From Verrucomicrobiota bacterium (GTDB lineage: Bacteria > Verrucomicrobiota > Verrucomicrobiia > Limisphaerales > SXQI01): 64,000 nucleotides of DNA. Positions within the stretch are counted from its first letter, which is position 1, and every line of letters starts with the position of its first letter. The stretch is taken from positions 66,855 to 130,854 of the forward strand of contig JANRLX010000021.1 of NCBI GenBank assembly GCA_033762115.1, in the 5' to 3' direction. Shown in pieces: positions 1 through 10,700 of the stretch. The position numbers and the translations under genes were made by a program. The notes under the pieces are model-generated. The model searched no databases and was not told where the DNA came from. It was given only the letters and a program-made list of their open reading frames with translations.

Positions 1-1
1 C

Positions 2-868
2 ATTGTTGTGCGCCTGAGTGAGAACCTTCGGGGACAAGTGGACGAATTGAAACGGTTACCTGTGCGGATTGACGACGGCGGGCTGCTCACCCTCGGCCAG
101 GTTGCGGACTTTCGGGTCGTCGAACAAGTCGCGGCCATTGCACGAGAATACAGCCAACGTCGAGCCGCCATCATGATTAACCTTCGTGGACGCGATGTGG
201 AAAGCTTCGTGCTCGAAGCGCAGAGGAAAGTCGCGGAGCAGATCAAACTGCCCGATGGCTATACCATCGAGTTCGGCGGACAGTTTAAGAACCTGCAAGA
301 AGCACGGGCTCGGTTGATGGTCGTCGTGCCGGTGGCCCTCGCTCTCATTTTTGTGCTCGTCTTCATGGCGCTGGGCAGCTTGCGGCAGACGTTGCTTGTC
401 TATACTGGCATTCCACTCGCGGTCACCGGGGGCATCTTCGCTCTCTGGCTGCGTTCACTCCCGTTCAGCATCTCGGCAGGTGTTGGCTTCATTGCGCTCT
501 CTGGTGTGGCCGTGTTGAACGGATTGATGTTGATCAGCTACTTCAACCTCCTCCGCGAAAAAGGCCGTGACGTGCATACGTCCGTGCGGGAAGGGGCAAT
601 GACGCGATTGCGTCCAGTCTTGATGACCGCCCTTGTGGCGTCACTTGGCTTCGTTCCAATGGCCATTGCCAGCGGCGCAGGGGCAGAAGTGCAACGCCCG
701 CTCGCCACCGTTGTTATCGGTGGAATTCTCAGCTCCACTTTTCTCACTCTCGTTCTGCTTCCCACCTTGTATGATTGGTTGGAAAAACGAAAAGAACGAC
801 GGGACGGAAATTCAGATTCTGGGTCGACGGTGGCAATAACTTCACCATCACCCGCAACACCGCAATAA
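2..868 (+). CDS. czcA: CzcA/CusA-family heavy-metal efflux RND permease, C-terminal part (5' truncated)
   Basis: Frame is open from the window edge. RND motifs GFIALSGVAVLNG, RLRPVLMTALVASLGFVPMA and GAEVQRPLATVVIGG. Confidence 0.93.
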   Translation: MVVRLSENLRGQVDELKRLPVRIDDGGLLTLGQVADFRVVEQVAAIAREYSQRRAAIMINLRGRDVESFVLEAQRKVAEQIKLPDGYTIEFGGQFKNLQEARARLMVVVPVALALIFVLVFMALGSLRQTLLVYTGIPLAVTGGIFALWLRSLPFSISAGVGFIALSGVAVLNGLMLISYFNLLREKGRDVHTSVREGAMTRLRPVLMTALVASLGFVPMAIASGAGAEVQRPLATVVIGGILSSTFLTLVLLPTLYDWLEKRKERRDGNSDSGSTVAITSPSPATPQ

Positions 869-870
869 AT

Positions 871-1314
871 ATGAAAATGAAACTAATCCTATTGGCCGGC
901 GTCCTTTGCGCCGGGTTACTCACAGCCGTGGCCGCTGACAAGCACAAGCACCTCGCGACACCCAAGGGAGGGAAGCTTCTTGAAAAAACCGAGCCGCACG
1001 CTGAATTCGTCGTTGAAAAGGACCGCTCGGTCACGATCAACTTCTACAATGAAGAGATGAAGCCCGTGCCTGTTGCGGGCCAAGTTGTCACCGCCGTTGC
1101 CGACGCAAAGTCCGGCAAGGCCACGCTGGCGTTCGAGAAAAAGGGCGATTCTCTGGTCAGCAAAACAAAATTGCCCGAAGGAGAGGGCTACAATGTGGTT
1201 GTGCAATTCAAGCAAACAGCGGAAGCAAAGCCTCAGAACATCCGTTTCAAGCTGGACATGCATACGTGCGGCGAATGCAAACGCGCTGAGTACGCCTGCA
1301 CCTGTGACCATTGA
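871..1314 (+). CDS. Secreted hypothetical protein with C-terminal Cys/His metal-binding tail
   Basis: ATG 3 nt after the RND stop. Signal peptide MKMKLILLAGVLCAGLLTAVAA; tail HTCGECKRAEYACTCDH. Confidence 0.8.
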   Translation: MKMKLILLAGVLCAGLLTAVAADKHKHLATPKGGKLLEKTEPHAEFVVEKDRSVTINFYNEEMKPVPVAGQVVTAVADAKSGKATLAFEKKGDSLVSKTKLPEGEGYNVVVQFKQTAEAKPQNIRFKLDMHTCGECKRAEYACTCDH

Positions 1315-1367
1315 TTTCGAACGAGTGAGAATGGCATAGATCGCTCAGACGGAACTGTATTCCCGCG

Positions 1368-1616
1368 ATGAACCGGCCTCGCCCATCACGCCCCGCTGCC
1401 GTTCGAAAACTGGAACGGCAGCGGGATCGCGACCGGAAAGAGCAGCGTGAAAGCCGCATCATGATGATCGCAGCCATCTCTGGGATGATCCTAACAACCA
1501 CGGCATATTTTGTCTTTTACGCCGTACCTCGAATGGAAAGATCCCACCGAACCCATAGTCATTCTATCGAAACAAACATAATGGGGACAGATACCCCCGC
1601 AGAAAGGAACCCATGA
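1368..1616 (+). CDS. Small single-pass membrane protein
   Basis: Basic N-terminus, one hydrophobic segment, His-rich tail; ATGA overlap with the next gene. Confidence 0.55.
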   Translation: MNRPRPSRPAAVRKLERQRDRDRKEQRESRIMMIAAISGMILTTTAYFVFYAVPRMERSHRTHSHSIETNIMGTDTPAERNP

Positions 1617-1987
1617 AAATATTTAAACGAATCGCCCGGCTGTTCGCAGTTCTCAGCTTGGTCTGGCTGTCAAGTCATCACGCGTTGGCTCATACAACGC
1701 GGTCGCGGGAGCTTTGTGGGACAATCAATGGACTCGATCTTTCGAATCAAATTGCTCAAGTGAAATCGGAACGCTCGGGAAAAATACGGGATCTTGTTCT
1801 GCGAAGAAACACTGCATTTCTCAAAGACTGGAAGCGTTCAAATCTCGACGCGGTTAGTACCGGAACCCGGGCGTGTGTTTATTATCGCTCCCCGCTTTTT
1901 GGGAGGCCTTTTGTCACCAAGGTTGTGGTCTTGAACGAAGGAGATAGATGTCCTCCACGGGGTGGCGGATTATTGGATCGTCATTAG
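1613..1987 (+). CDS. Secreted hypothetical protein (possible OB-fold/DUF5666-like)
   Basis: Signal peptide ending ALA; beta-rich sequence; coupled to the upstream ORF. Confidence 0.6.
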   Translation: MKIFKRIARLFAVLSLVWLSSHHALAHTTRSRELCGTINGLDLSNQIAQVKSERSGKIRDLVLRRNTAFLKDWKRSNLDAVSTGTRACVYYRSPLFGRPFVTKVVVLNEGDRCPPRGGGLLDRH

Positions 1988-2126
1988 CGTGTGTGCTCAA
2001 GCTCAGAGATCAGAGCGAAAAAGCTATGTGGTGGCCGCTTCATTTCTCGCGGGCCATTTCCTGCGGTTATGACGAACTGAGAAGCCTTTGCAGCCACCAA
2101 TAACCTTAAGCTGACATTTCAATCCC

Positions 2127-4379
2127 ATGATGCGACATCCACTTTATCACGGTGATACGGAACACGGGGGCGGCGGATGTAATGGGGACGCCTGTAAAGC
2201 GCCAAATCTCACGGTTAATCTCGACACAAACGCGACGGCGAAAGAATCAACAACCCTTCGGGTCACGGGAATGGACTGCGCAGATGAGGTCGCAGCAATC
2301 GAGCAGGTGTTCAAAGGGTTTGCTGGAGTAAGGCGCATGGATGTGAATCTGATGGGCCGGACAGTCACTATCGCCCACGCGTCGAATCTGACGCCAAACG
2401 ACCTGATCGCGGTCATTGCCAAGGCTGGTCTGAAGGCCACTACAATCGATGCTGGCAGCAAACACCCAAAGGAGCCAGAGGGACAACAACGTTCCCGTTT
2501 CGTCTCCTTTGCGATTTCGGGTTTACTCACAGCAATCGGTCTGGCGTTGCAATGGGCGAAATTTGAGCCCGAAGGAATGCGCATCGGAGCCTTTGTCATT
2601 GCGATTGTGGCAGGCGGCTGGCTCATTGCGCCAAAAGCTGTCCGTGCAATTGGACGACGATCCCTCGACATGAACGTGCTGATGACCGTTGCTGTCATCG
2701 GGGCGGCGGTTATCGGCGAGTGGTCTGAAGGAGCGGCTGTCGTATTCCTGTTCGCCTTATCTGAACTGCTGGAAGCGTTCAGCCTGAATCGAGCCCGCAG
2801 AGCGGTGCAGAGCTTACTCAAACTTGCGCCAGAGACAGCATTGGTTAAACGCGGGGAGCAGTTTGTCGAAGTGCCAGTTGAACAAATTGCAATTGGGGAA
2901 CATCTCAGCATTCGATCAGGAGCAAAGGTTCCTCTCGATGGCAACATTATTGCAGGCGGGTCCTCTATCAACCAGGCTCCCATCACAGGAGAATCGATGC
3001 CTGTCGAAAAGAAAGTCGGCGACCCGGTATTCGCCGGCACGATCAACGGCGAGGGGGCGTTGGATGTCATCGTAACGAAAGCCCACACGGATACAACGCT
3101 CGCGAAAATCATCAAGCTCGTAGGTGAAGCACAGGGGCAGAAAGCCCCCTCACAGCGATTTGTTGATCGGTTCGCTCGCTTTTACACGCCTGCGGTTTTC
3201 GTGACGGCAATTCTCGTTTTCATTACGGGTCCATTACTCTTCGGAGGAATCTGGTCCGCTTGGGCATACAAGGCGTTGGTTCTCTTGGTTATTGCGTGCC
3301 CATGCGCACTGGTGATCTCGACGCCCGTCTCAATTGTGTCCGGGTTGACCGCGATGGCTCGACGCGGCGTGCTCATCAAGGGCGGGACATTTCTGGAGGA
3401 AGTTGGAAAACTCAAAGCGTTAGCAGTGGATAAGACCGGCACGATAACCGAAGGCAAGCCCCGTGTAACCCAGATCGTCACCTTCAACGGGAAACAAGAT
3501 CAGGAGGTGCTTCGAATTGCAGCCGCAATTGACACTCATTCTGATCATCCGCTAGCCAAAGCCGTTGTCACCTTCACGGAGGAGAAGGGCATCAAATATC
3601 CTCGGAGTGAAAAATATCAATCGAAGATTGGGCGTGGAGCCGAGGGCATGCTCGAAGGTCACGAATATTTCGTTGGCAATCACCGATTCGCTCACGAACT
3701 GGGCGTTTGCACCCCGGAGGTTGAGCGTGTCTTGGCCGAAATCGAAGAGCACGCTCAATCCGTCGTTGTCATTGGACATAAACCACACGATGGCCATGCA
3801 GGCGAAGTCCTCGGCGTCTTGGCAGTTGGTGACACGATTCGGACCAATGCGTCGGAAGCTGTGAAGGCTCTCCACAAGGCTGGGGTCGAAAAGATTATCA
3901 TGCTTAGTGGCGATAACCAGCGAACCGTCGATGCAATTTCAAAGCAGGTTGGCATTGATGAAGCCCGCGGCGGGCTGCTGCCCGACGATAAAGTAGAGGC
4001 CGTTAAAGCTTTAACACGCGCACACAAATTTGTGGGTATGGTCGGCGACGGGGTCAATGACGCACCTGCCATGGCCGTGGCCACTATAGGCATTGCGATG
4101 GGTGGGGCAGGAACCGATACCGCCATTGAAACTGCTGACATCGCATTGATGAAGGACGATCTGAGCAAAGTGGCGGAGGCCGTGCTGCTGGGACAGAGGA
4201 CTCTCCGCATCGTCAAGTTTAACATTACCTTCGCACTCGCGATCAAGGCAGTGTTCCTCGTACTGGCATTCGCCGGTCACACCAGTCTGTGGCTTGCAAT
4301 ACTTGCCGATACGGGCGCAACGTTGGTTGTGATTGCAAACGCTCTCAGGCTCCTCCGCCCGTCAGCAAAGGTTCAATGA
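2127..4379 (+). CDS. zntA: Heavy-metal translocating P1B-type ATPase (Zn/Cd/Pb, ZntA/CadA type)
   Basis: HMA domain GMDCADE, TGES, CPC, DKTGT, HP and GDGVNDAP motifs; late-TM K and D residues as in P1B-2. Confidence 0.95.
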   Translation: MMRHPLYHGDTEHGGGGCNGDACKAPNLTVNLDTNATAKESTTLRVTGMDCADEVAAIEQVFKGFAGVRRMDVNLMGRTVTIAHASNLTPNDLIAVIAKAGLKATTIDAGSKHPKEPEGQQRSRFVSFAISGLLTAIGLALQWAKFEPEGMRIGAFVIAIVAGGWLIAPKAVRAIGRRSLDMNVLMTVAVIGAAVIGEWSEGAAVVFLFALSELLEAFSLNRARRAVQSLLKLAPETALVKRGEQFVEVPVEQIAIGEHLSIRSGAKVPLDGNIIAGGSSINQAPITGESMPVEKKVGDPVFAGTINGEGALDVIVTKAHTDTTLAKIIKLVGEAQGQKAPSQRFVDRFARFYTPAVFVTAILVFITGPLLFGGIWSAWAYKALVLLVIACPCALVISTPVSIVSGLTAMARRGVLIKGGTFLEEVGKLKALAVDKTGTITEGKPRVTQIVTFNGKQDQEVLRIAAAIDTHSDHPLAKAVVTFTEEKGIKYPRSEKYQSKIGRGAEGMLEGHEYFVGNHRFAHELGVCTPEVERVLAEIEEHAQSVVVIGHKPHDGHAGEVLGVLAVGDTIRTNASEAVKALHKAGVEKIIMLSGDNQRTVDAISKQVGIDEARGGLLPDDKVEAVKALTRAHKFVGMVGDGVNDAPAMAVATIGIAMGGAGTDTAIETADIALMKDDLSKVAEAVLLGQRTLRIVKFNITFALAIKAVFLVLAFAGHTSLWLAILADTGATLVVIANALRLLRPSAKVQ

Positions 4380-4994
4380 ACGTGCTGGTTTGGGAGTGGC
4401 GAAGTTACAAAGCATTTTGCATTTCCGATGCAAGTGAGAGCGGAGTTCACTCCAGGCCGCCACCGTCCTTGCAGGATGTAAGCCGGTTTTTGATCAAACC
4501 TGTCGAGGGCTGAGTCGTTTTGGCCATCCTGAACAGAAACCACGTTTTGCTCGCTCATCTGCACATTCGTCTAGGCTTTCAAAACCACCCGACACGAGGA
4601 TCATTTTTCATCACATGAATGAATGGATCAGATGAATCATATCCTTACCTTGTAGGCAACGAAGAAGTGGGTTCAAAATTGCCAAAAACTCGCAAAATCA
4701 CCTACTGGTCGGACTTTGGCTCTTTGATCGCTATTTCTGCTGGTGCACGAACGTGAAATAAAAATCATCGCTGGCGCCGTGGCTGCTTATGAACTTCCTG
4801 AAATAAATCGGTCAATTCGCACGGAATGCTTTTACGTTTAGCGACATCTCCGGTCAGCCGCCGCGCGGTGATGGCGTTGGTTTTGGTAGCCAGGCGCGTG
4901 GCCTTGCTTCCGCATTGGTCTCATCGCCGATGCGCTGTTTGTACGAGGATGAAAAGCGGCGTCATTCAATTGCTTTGGAGAATGACGTAAGCAC

Positions 4995-5867
4995 ATGATC
5001 TCTTCCGTTAACCATTTCTCGGCAAGATCGTCAGTACTCCTCGCGCTGCTGGCGGTTTCGGTATTGATCTTCGTCGAATCCGTGCGGGCGGACCATCCGG
5101 CAAGTGCGCTGTTCCAAACCGCCGGTTATGTCCGTGATAATTTTGGCCAACCAGTGACGAATATTCTGGTGTACGGAGACAACTTTATTGGTGATATTTA
5201 TCCATCCATCACCGATTCAAACGGCTCTTACATCGTCACTTATCCTGCCGACGGCAATTACCGCCTGACGGTTGATTGTGGTCAGTTGACGGCTCGCGGT
5301 TACGGTTGTGTGGGCGATGTCGGGATAGCGCAGGAAGGCGACCTGATTGAGCAAGATTTTGTCGTACCCAAACTCGATTCATCGCTGCAAATCACCAACT
5401 CCGCTCTGCCTCACGGCAATGTTGACATGGCGTACAGCGTGCAATTGGGGGCAACGGGGGGGCGGCCGCCGTATCATTGGCAACTGGCGACCGACTCACC
5501 AAATCTCCCGTCGGGATTGTTATTGAATTCCAGTGGCCTTCTTTCCGGTACACCCGAATCCTTCAGCAGCGCGAATCTAAATCTGACCGTGTCCGATGCA
5601 AATTCTGCCTTTGGTGAAAAGACACTTTTACTCGTGATCAATCCCAAGCCAATGCTGACCCTGCTCTCGTGGGTAACCAACCGGTTTACGATGCGGCTTT
5701 CGGGCGCACCTCGTCAGAACTACACCCTGCAAGTTTGCACAAATCTGACCACCGCCAATTGGACGTCCCTCATCATCACAAATAACCCTGATATCGGCAC
5801 TTTTCTTGTGCGCGATTCAAATGCAACCAACCAGCAAAGTGTTTATCGGATTTTGATCGGGCCTTAA
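4995..5867 (+). CDS. Secreted protein with carboxypeptidase-regulatory-like and putative Ig domains plus a verrucomicrobial-type C-terminal domain
   Basis: Signal peptide; ATGGRPPYHW...LPSGLLLNSSGLLSGTP putative-Ig pattern; ends TNLTTANW...SVYRILIGP. Confidence 0.8.
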   Translation: MISSVNHFSARSSVLLALLAVSVLIFVESVRADHPASALFQTAGYVRDNFGQPVTNILVYGDNFIGDIYPSITDSNGSYIVTYPADGNYRLTVDCGQLTARGYGCVGDVGIAQEGDLIEQDFVVPKLDSSLQITNSALPHGNVDMAYSVQLGATGGRPPYHWQLATDSPNLPSGLLLNSSGLLSGTPESFSSANLNLTVSDANSAFGEKTLLLVINPKPMLTLLSWVTNRFTMRLSGAPRQNYTLQVCTNLTTANWTSLIITNNPDIGTFLVRDSNATNQQSVYRILIGP

Positions 5868-5995
5868 TGGGTTTCGGCGACTTCGCCTGTGCCATCTGAT
5901 CTCGCGGCGTTTTCGATCTTAGACGGCCTTTCTCGCGGATACACCCGCCACTCTGGTTGCGATTTCAAACGCACTGAGATATCTGAAATCTTAGC

Positions 5996-6283
5996 GTGCA
6001 AATGCGCCAATCTCGATTGCATTCGCACGGCTGGATGATCGTCTTAATACGCGGACTCGGAGTGAGCCATTGGAAAACACCGCAGGTTGCGGCTAGGCGG
6101 GCCGAAAAACGGCGTCGAGAAGAACGCCAGAGCGTAACTCGGTTTGTAATTCCGATAGCCGCCATCGTGACAGTAGTTATCGTTTCTCTTTTCCTTTATT
6201 CGAAAGGGTGGTTTCAGCATTCCCGCCGGCACGTCAATGACCAAACCGAAATACATCAACCCAAACGAAGCTATCTCGACTAA
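5996..6283 (+). CDS. Small single-pass membrane protein (start uncertain)
   Basis: Arg-rich segment, TM helix FVIPIAAIVTVVIVSLFLY, His-containing tail. Confidence 0.45.
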   Translation: MQMRQSRLHSHGWMIVLIRGLGVSHWKTPQVAARRAEKRRREERQSVTRFVIPIAAIVTVVIVSLFLYSKGWFQHSRRHVNDQTEIHQPKRSYLD

Positions 6284-6332
6284 GGAATATTCATCGCAGT
6301 ATTTTACAAAACTTACGATCAAGCCCCTTTTT

Positions 6333-6959
6333 TCATGTGGCTCTAAGGGCATCGGCAAGGGGCTCCCGAAGTCTTTGGCGGGCTCTGTAGATTCGTGTTT
6401 CAATGGCTTTGGCCGAGCAGCCAAGAATCGCCCCAATCTGTGAATGAGACTTTTCTTCATATTCCGAAAGAATCAGCGGCAACCGGAGTTCTTCTGGCAG
6501 TTGCGCGACGGCTCGCCGTACAGCTTCTTTCAGTTCCTGATTCTGCGCCGTTTCGCTCGGTGACGGTTTTTGATCTGGAAGAAAGTCACGAAAATCGTGC
6601 TTTTGGTCGTCCGCTTTGGCATCCAAGGAGACGGTTGGGTGTCGCGAACGCCAGCGATAGCGGTCCTTCACAAGGTTGCTGGCGATGGCATACAGCCACG
6701 TCGTAAATTTCTGTCGTCGGTCAAATCGGTTTTTGTTTTGATAAACACGGACGAATGTTTCCTGAGCAGTGTCGGCAGCATCCTCTTCATTTTGCAGGCA
6801 ACGAATGAAAAAGTTGAACAACTTGGCCGCGTGACGCTCCATGAGGTCATTTAACGCAGCGTCCTGGCCCGCGATCAGGCGTTCCATATCATTCTGGTCG
6901 CGAGCGTCGAGATTGGTTTCCGATTCGGAAAGTTCTCTTTTGTCAGGATCGTTGTTCAC
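6333..6959 (-). CDS. ECF sigma-70 factor
   Basis: Region 2 DAADTAQETFVRVY...FTTWLYAIASN; region 4 LPEELRLPLILSEYEEKSHSQIGAILG. GTG start at 6959 is inferred. Confidence 0.92.
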   Translation of the reverse strand: MNNDPDKRELSESETNLDARDQNDMERLIAGQDAALNDLMERHAAKLFNFFIRCLQNEEDAADTAQETFVRVYQNKNRFDRRQKFTTWLYAIASNLVKDRYRWRSRHPTVSLDAKADDQKHDFRDFLPDQKPSPSETAQNQELKEAVRRAVAQLPEELRLPLILSEYEEKSHSQIGAILGCSAKAIETRIYRARQRLREPLADALRAT

Positions 6960-7470
6960 GACGGTGTGCCTGTCTGAACAGGTTGATCTCCGGAACGGTC
7001 CTCGCTCAAGGCGAAGCGGTTGGAGAGCGCAATTGTAAGTGGGGTGATTGCTGACAATTGCAGGAACGGCCAGAGTCCGACGCCAAACATAGGGATGATA
7101 GGCATCGAGTTTGTATAGCTCCATCGACCCGATGCAAGGGCTGCCTGCTCAATCCAAATCGCGTGAATCGCTCCAAGAAACATCAGGGTCAGATAAACAT
7201 TCCAACGCGGCCGGAATCCCAGTTCAGGGTATTCGCAGCAAGCGCACCAATCGCGTAAATCCAAAATGTGATGACAACATCGCCGAGCGTGGCTGGGGCA
7301 CACCTCGCAGCCGTTTCGATAAATGGCCGCCCAGCCATTTCTTTGTATGCTCCCATTTGCGACATTTCCCAGAGGGCATGAAGCAAGAATGAGACGAGCG
7401 CCATCGAGATGAAAAACCGTATGCGTTCCAGCCTCGCGTGCTTCTCGGTGATGGTCTGCGGTTCGGTCAC
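6956..7470 (-). pseudogene. Multi-pass membrane protein split by a 1-nt frameshift (or sequencing error)
   Basis: ORFs 7189-7470 and 6956-7303 join into one hydrophobic protein if one G is added to the GGG run at 7218-7220 (NW-GFRPRWN). Confidence 0.75.
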
Positions 7471-7760
7471 TTTGCCGCGTTCAGTTTCAAAAGATATTTT
7501 GCGGGCTCTTTGTCGAAATCTCCTCGGCAGCCTTCGCAGCAGAGCTTTATTTCTTGGCCGTTATGAACAAAAGCGAAGGCTTCGCCATGCCCGCCAAGCT
7601 TCTCGTCTGTGACGATACATGTTTTCAGCGGATAAGGCTTCGCATCAGTGGATCCATGCGAATGCTTGGAATGATCGTGCGTTGATTCGCATCCCACGAA
7701 TGCAATTGAGCCGACGATTAATAACGCAGCGGCGCCAAGGAGTGATTTGAATGTTGTCAT
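7467..7760 (-). CDS. YHS/TRASH-like metal-binding lipoprotein
   Basis: Lipobox FVGC, His-rich linker, PYPLKTCIV...IKLCCEGC...FDKEPAKYL. Confidence 0.8.
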   Translation of the reverse strand: MTTFKSLLGAAALLIVGSIAFVGCESTHDHSKHSHGSTDAKPYPLKTCIVTDEKLGGHGEAFAFVHNGQEIKLCCEGCRGDFDKEPAKYLLKLNAAK

Positions 7761-10700
7761 GTAATTTCTGGTTTATCAGTGTTGTTGCTTTCCGGGTTGG
7801 CATCTGAGGCGTTCGCGAGACTCGACCGGAGTTCGCGCGACCGCAGCCAAAGGAAAATGACTGGTGTGACGATCAGGATGTGAATGAGGCTGGAAATCAT
7901 TCCACCGATCACGGGCGTAGCCAATGGCTTCATCACTTCTGCGCCCTGGCGATGGCTCCACATGATCGGAAGCAAGCTCGCTACGATAGTTGCCACCGTC
8001 ATTACCTTCGGACGCAAACGGAGGCGCGCGCCGTCTTTCACAGCTTGCACTAGGTCGTCGTAACTGAAGGCGCTGCCGCGTTCCGCCATGCGTTTCTTCA
8101 CCATTTCTTCGAGGTAAACGACCATGACGACACCTGTTTGGACGGCAGTGCCGAAGAGAGCGATGTAGCCAACCCAGACTGCGCCGTTGAAGTTGTAGCC
8201 AAAGAACTTTTGCAGAAAGACTCCGCCGCTTAGCGCGAATGGAACAGCAAGCATCACGTGAGCGGCTTCAAGAGCGCTATGATAGACCATGAAAAGCATG
8301 ACGAAAATGATGAGAAGCACCGCCGGGAAGACGAGTTGCATCGTCTTCACGAACCGACGTTGATTCTCATATTCGCCCGTCATTTGGTAAGTCATGTTCC
8401 CCCATTCGAGTTTCTTAAGGGCCTGTTCGACCTCATTGACGAAGCCACCCAAGTCGCGGTCCTGGACATTGGATTGCACGTAAGCTCGAAGGCGTCCGTT
8501 CTCGCTTGCGATTTCATTTGCGCCGACTTCACGAGTGATTTTGGCAACCATCGCGAGTGGAACGTATGCAAGCGGCGGAGTCTCTGCGGCGGCGCTCATG
8601 CGCAAAACAGCGGGCTGCATTCCTCCGGCCATCCCACCGGTGCTTGCTGTTGCGCCGCCGCCCATGGAGCTGCGGGAGGCGATCAGGATGCGTCCAATCT
8701 TCTCGATGTCATCACGTTCGCCGCGTTCAAGTCGGACCTGAATCGGAAACCGTTCGCGGCCTTCGATGGTGACGCTCACGTTTTTACCACCAATCGCCAC
8801 TTCAACGGCATCTAGAACATCCCGAGCGTTGAGGTTATACCGGGCCATCGCCTTCCGATCCACTTTCACGTTCAAATAGGGCTTCCCCTGCACCCGTGAA
8901 GGCGAGACGCCCGCCGCCCCCGGAATCTGTTTGACGACGCTCTCGACTTCGAATGCCTTCTGCTGAATGGCGTCGAGCTTGTCGCCGTAAATCTTGACGC
9001 CGACTTGCGCTCGAATTCCTGTGTAGAGCATGAGAATCCGATTCTCGATGGGCTGCAAGAATGCCGGGACATAACCGGGCACGAGTTTCATTTTTTCGTT
9101 CAACTCGGCCTTCAGCTTTTCGACGGTCATCCCTTCACGCCATTCGGGGTTTCGGATGACGCGCGGAATCTTGATAAAACCAAGGATAGTTCGATTCGTG
9201 GAAATCCATTCGGGCTTGAGCGTGATCGTCGTTTCAATCATCTCCGTTGGGGCTGGATCAGTGGGCGACTCAAAACGCCCCAACTTTCCCGCGACGGTCT
9301 GAATCTCCGGAGCTGCGCTAAGAACCTGATCCTGCCATGACATAACGCGCTGAATTTCCTTCAGGCCGGTTTTCGGCAGAAGGATCGGCATGAAAAGGAG
9401 GCTTCCCTCGTTGAGTGGCGGCATGAATTCCTTGCCGAAGCCTTGTGCGAGGTTCGCAGTTCGGTCCCAACGCCTGTCTCGCAATTCCTTGACCCAGGAG
9501 CGAGGCAGACCGAAGGCCAAAAGCAGCGCAAAAGCCAGAAGCATCACCGCGCCGCCAATCACGGTCTTTTTGTGCTTCAAAGCCCAATTCAGTGTTGGGT
9601 CATAAATCTTCAGCAGAAAACGCATCACGATGTTGTGCTCTTCGCTGTGAAATGGCCCCCGCACGAGGAGGCTGCACAGAACTGGCACCAGTGTGACCGC
9701 TAGCAACGTCGAGCCGATCATCGCAAAGGTCTTCGTCCAGGCTAGTGGGTGAAACAACTTTCCTTCCTGACCGGTTAAGGCGAAAACCGGCACGAACGCG
9801 AGAATGATAATGGCCATCGCGAAAAAGATTGGCCGTCCGACTTGCTGGCAAGCCGCCAGAGTCATGCTGAGCGTTTCCGCTCGAGTAAGCCGACCGCCTT
9901 TCTTTTCCTCAGCCCGTTCACAATGCCGGATGACGTTTTCCGTCACGACGATGGCCGCATCCACAAGCACCCCAATGGCGATAGCAATCCCGGTGAGTGA
10001 CATGATATTGCTCGTTATTCGAAATTCCTTCATTAGCAGGAACGAGATCAGAATCGAGATCGGTAACGGGAGCGTGACGATAAGGATGCTGCGGAAGTGC
10101 CAAAGGAAGATGATATGCGCAAGCGTGACGAGAATGATTTCCTCAGTTAGCGCGTGCTTCAGCGTGTCAATTGTTCGATCAATCAATTCGCTGCGGTCGT
10201 AAAACGGCTTAATCGAGACCCCAGGGGGCAGGCTCGGCGAAATCTGAGCGATCTTCGCTTTGACGCGTTCGATAACGGCTTTCGCATTCTCGCCACTCCG
10301 CATCACGACCGTCCCGCCAACCACTTCGTGCCCGTTCACGTCGAGCGCGCCGCGACGAAAATCGCCGCCGATTTGCACGATGGCGATGTCTTTCACGTAG
10401 ATGGGCGTGCCCTGGACTGCTTTAATCGGAATGAGTTCAAGATCTTCGGTGCTCTCAATCAGGCCAATGCCACGCAAAACGAACTCCGCGCCATTCTCCT
10501 CAATGACCTTGCCGCCAACGTTCAGGTTTGCGTTCTGCACCGCGGCCATGACTTCCATGAGCGTCACGTTGGCCGCCCGCATCTTCGTGGCGGAGAGCTC
10601 GATCTGATATTGCTTTACAAAACCGCCGACGCTCGCAACTTCCGCGATGCCCTGCACGCTGGCGAGTTGATAACGGATATGCCAATCCTGGATCGTGCGC

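Noticed and set aside
4380..4994. Long intergenic gap, possible gene remnant or attC-like site
   Set aside because: No convincing ORF, paired R-boxes or integron integrase.
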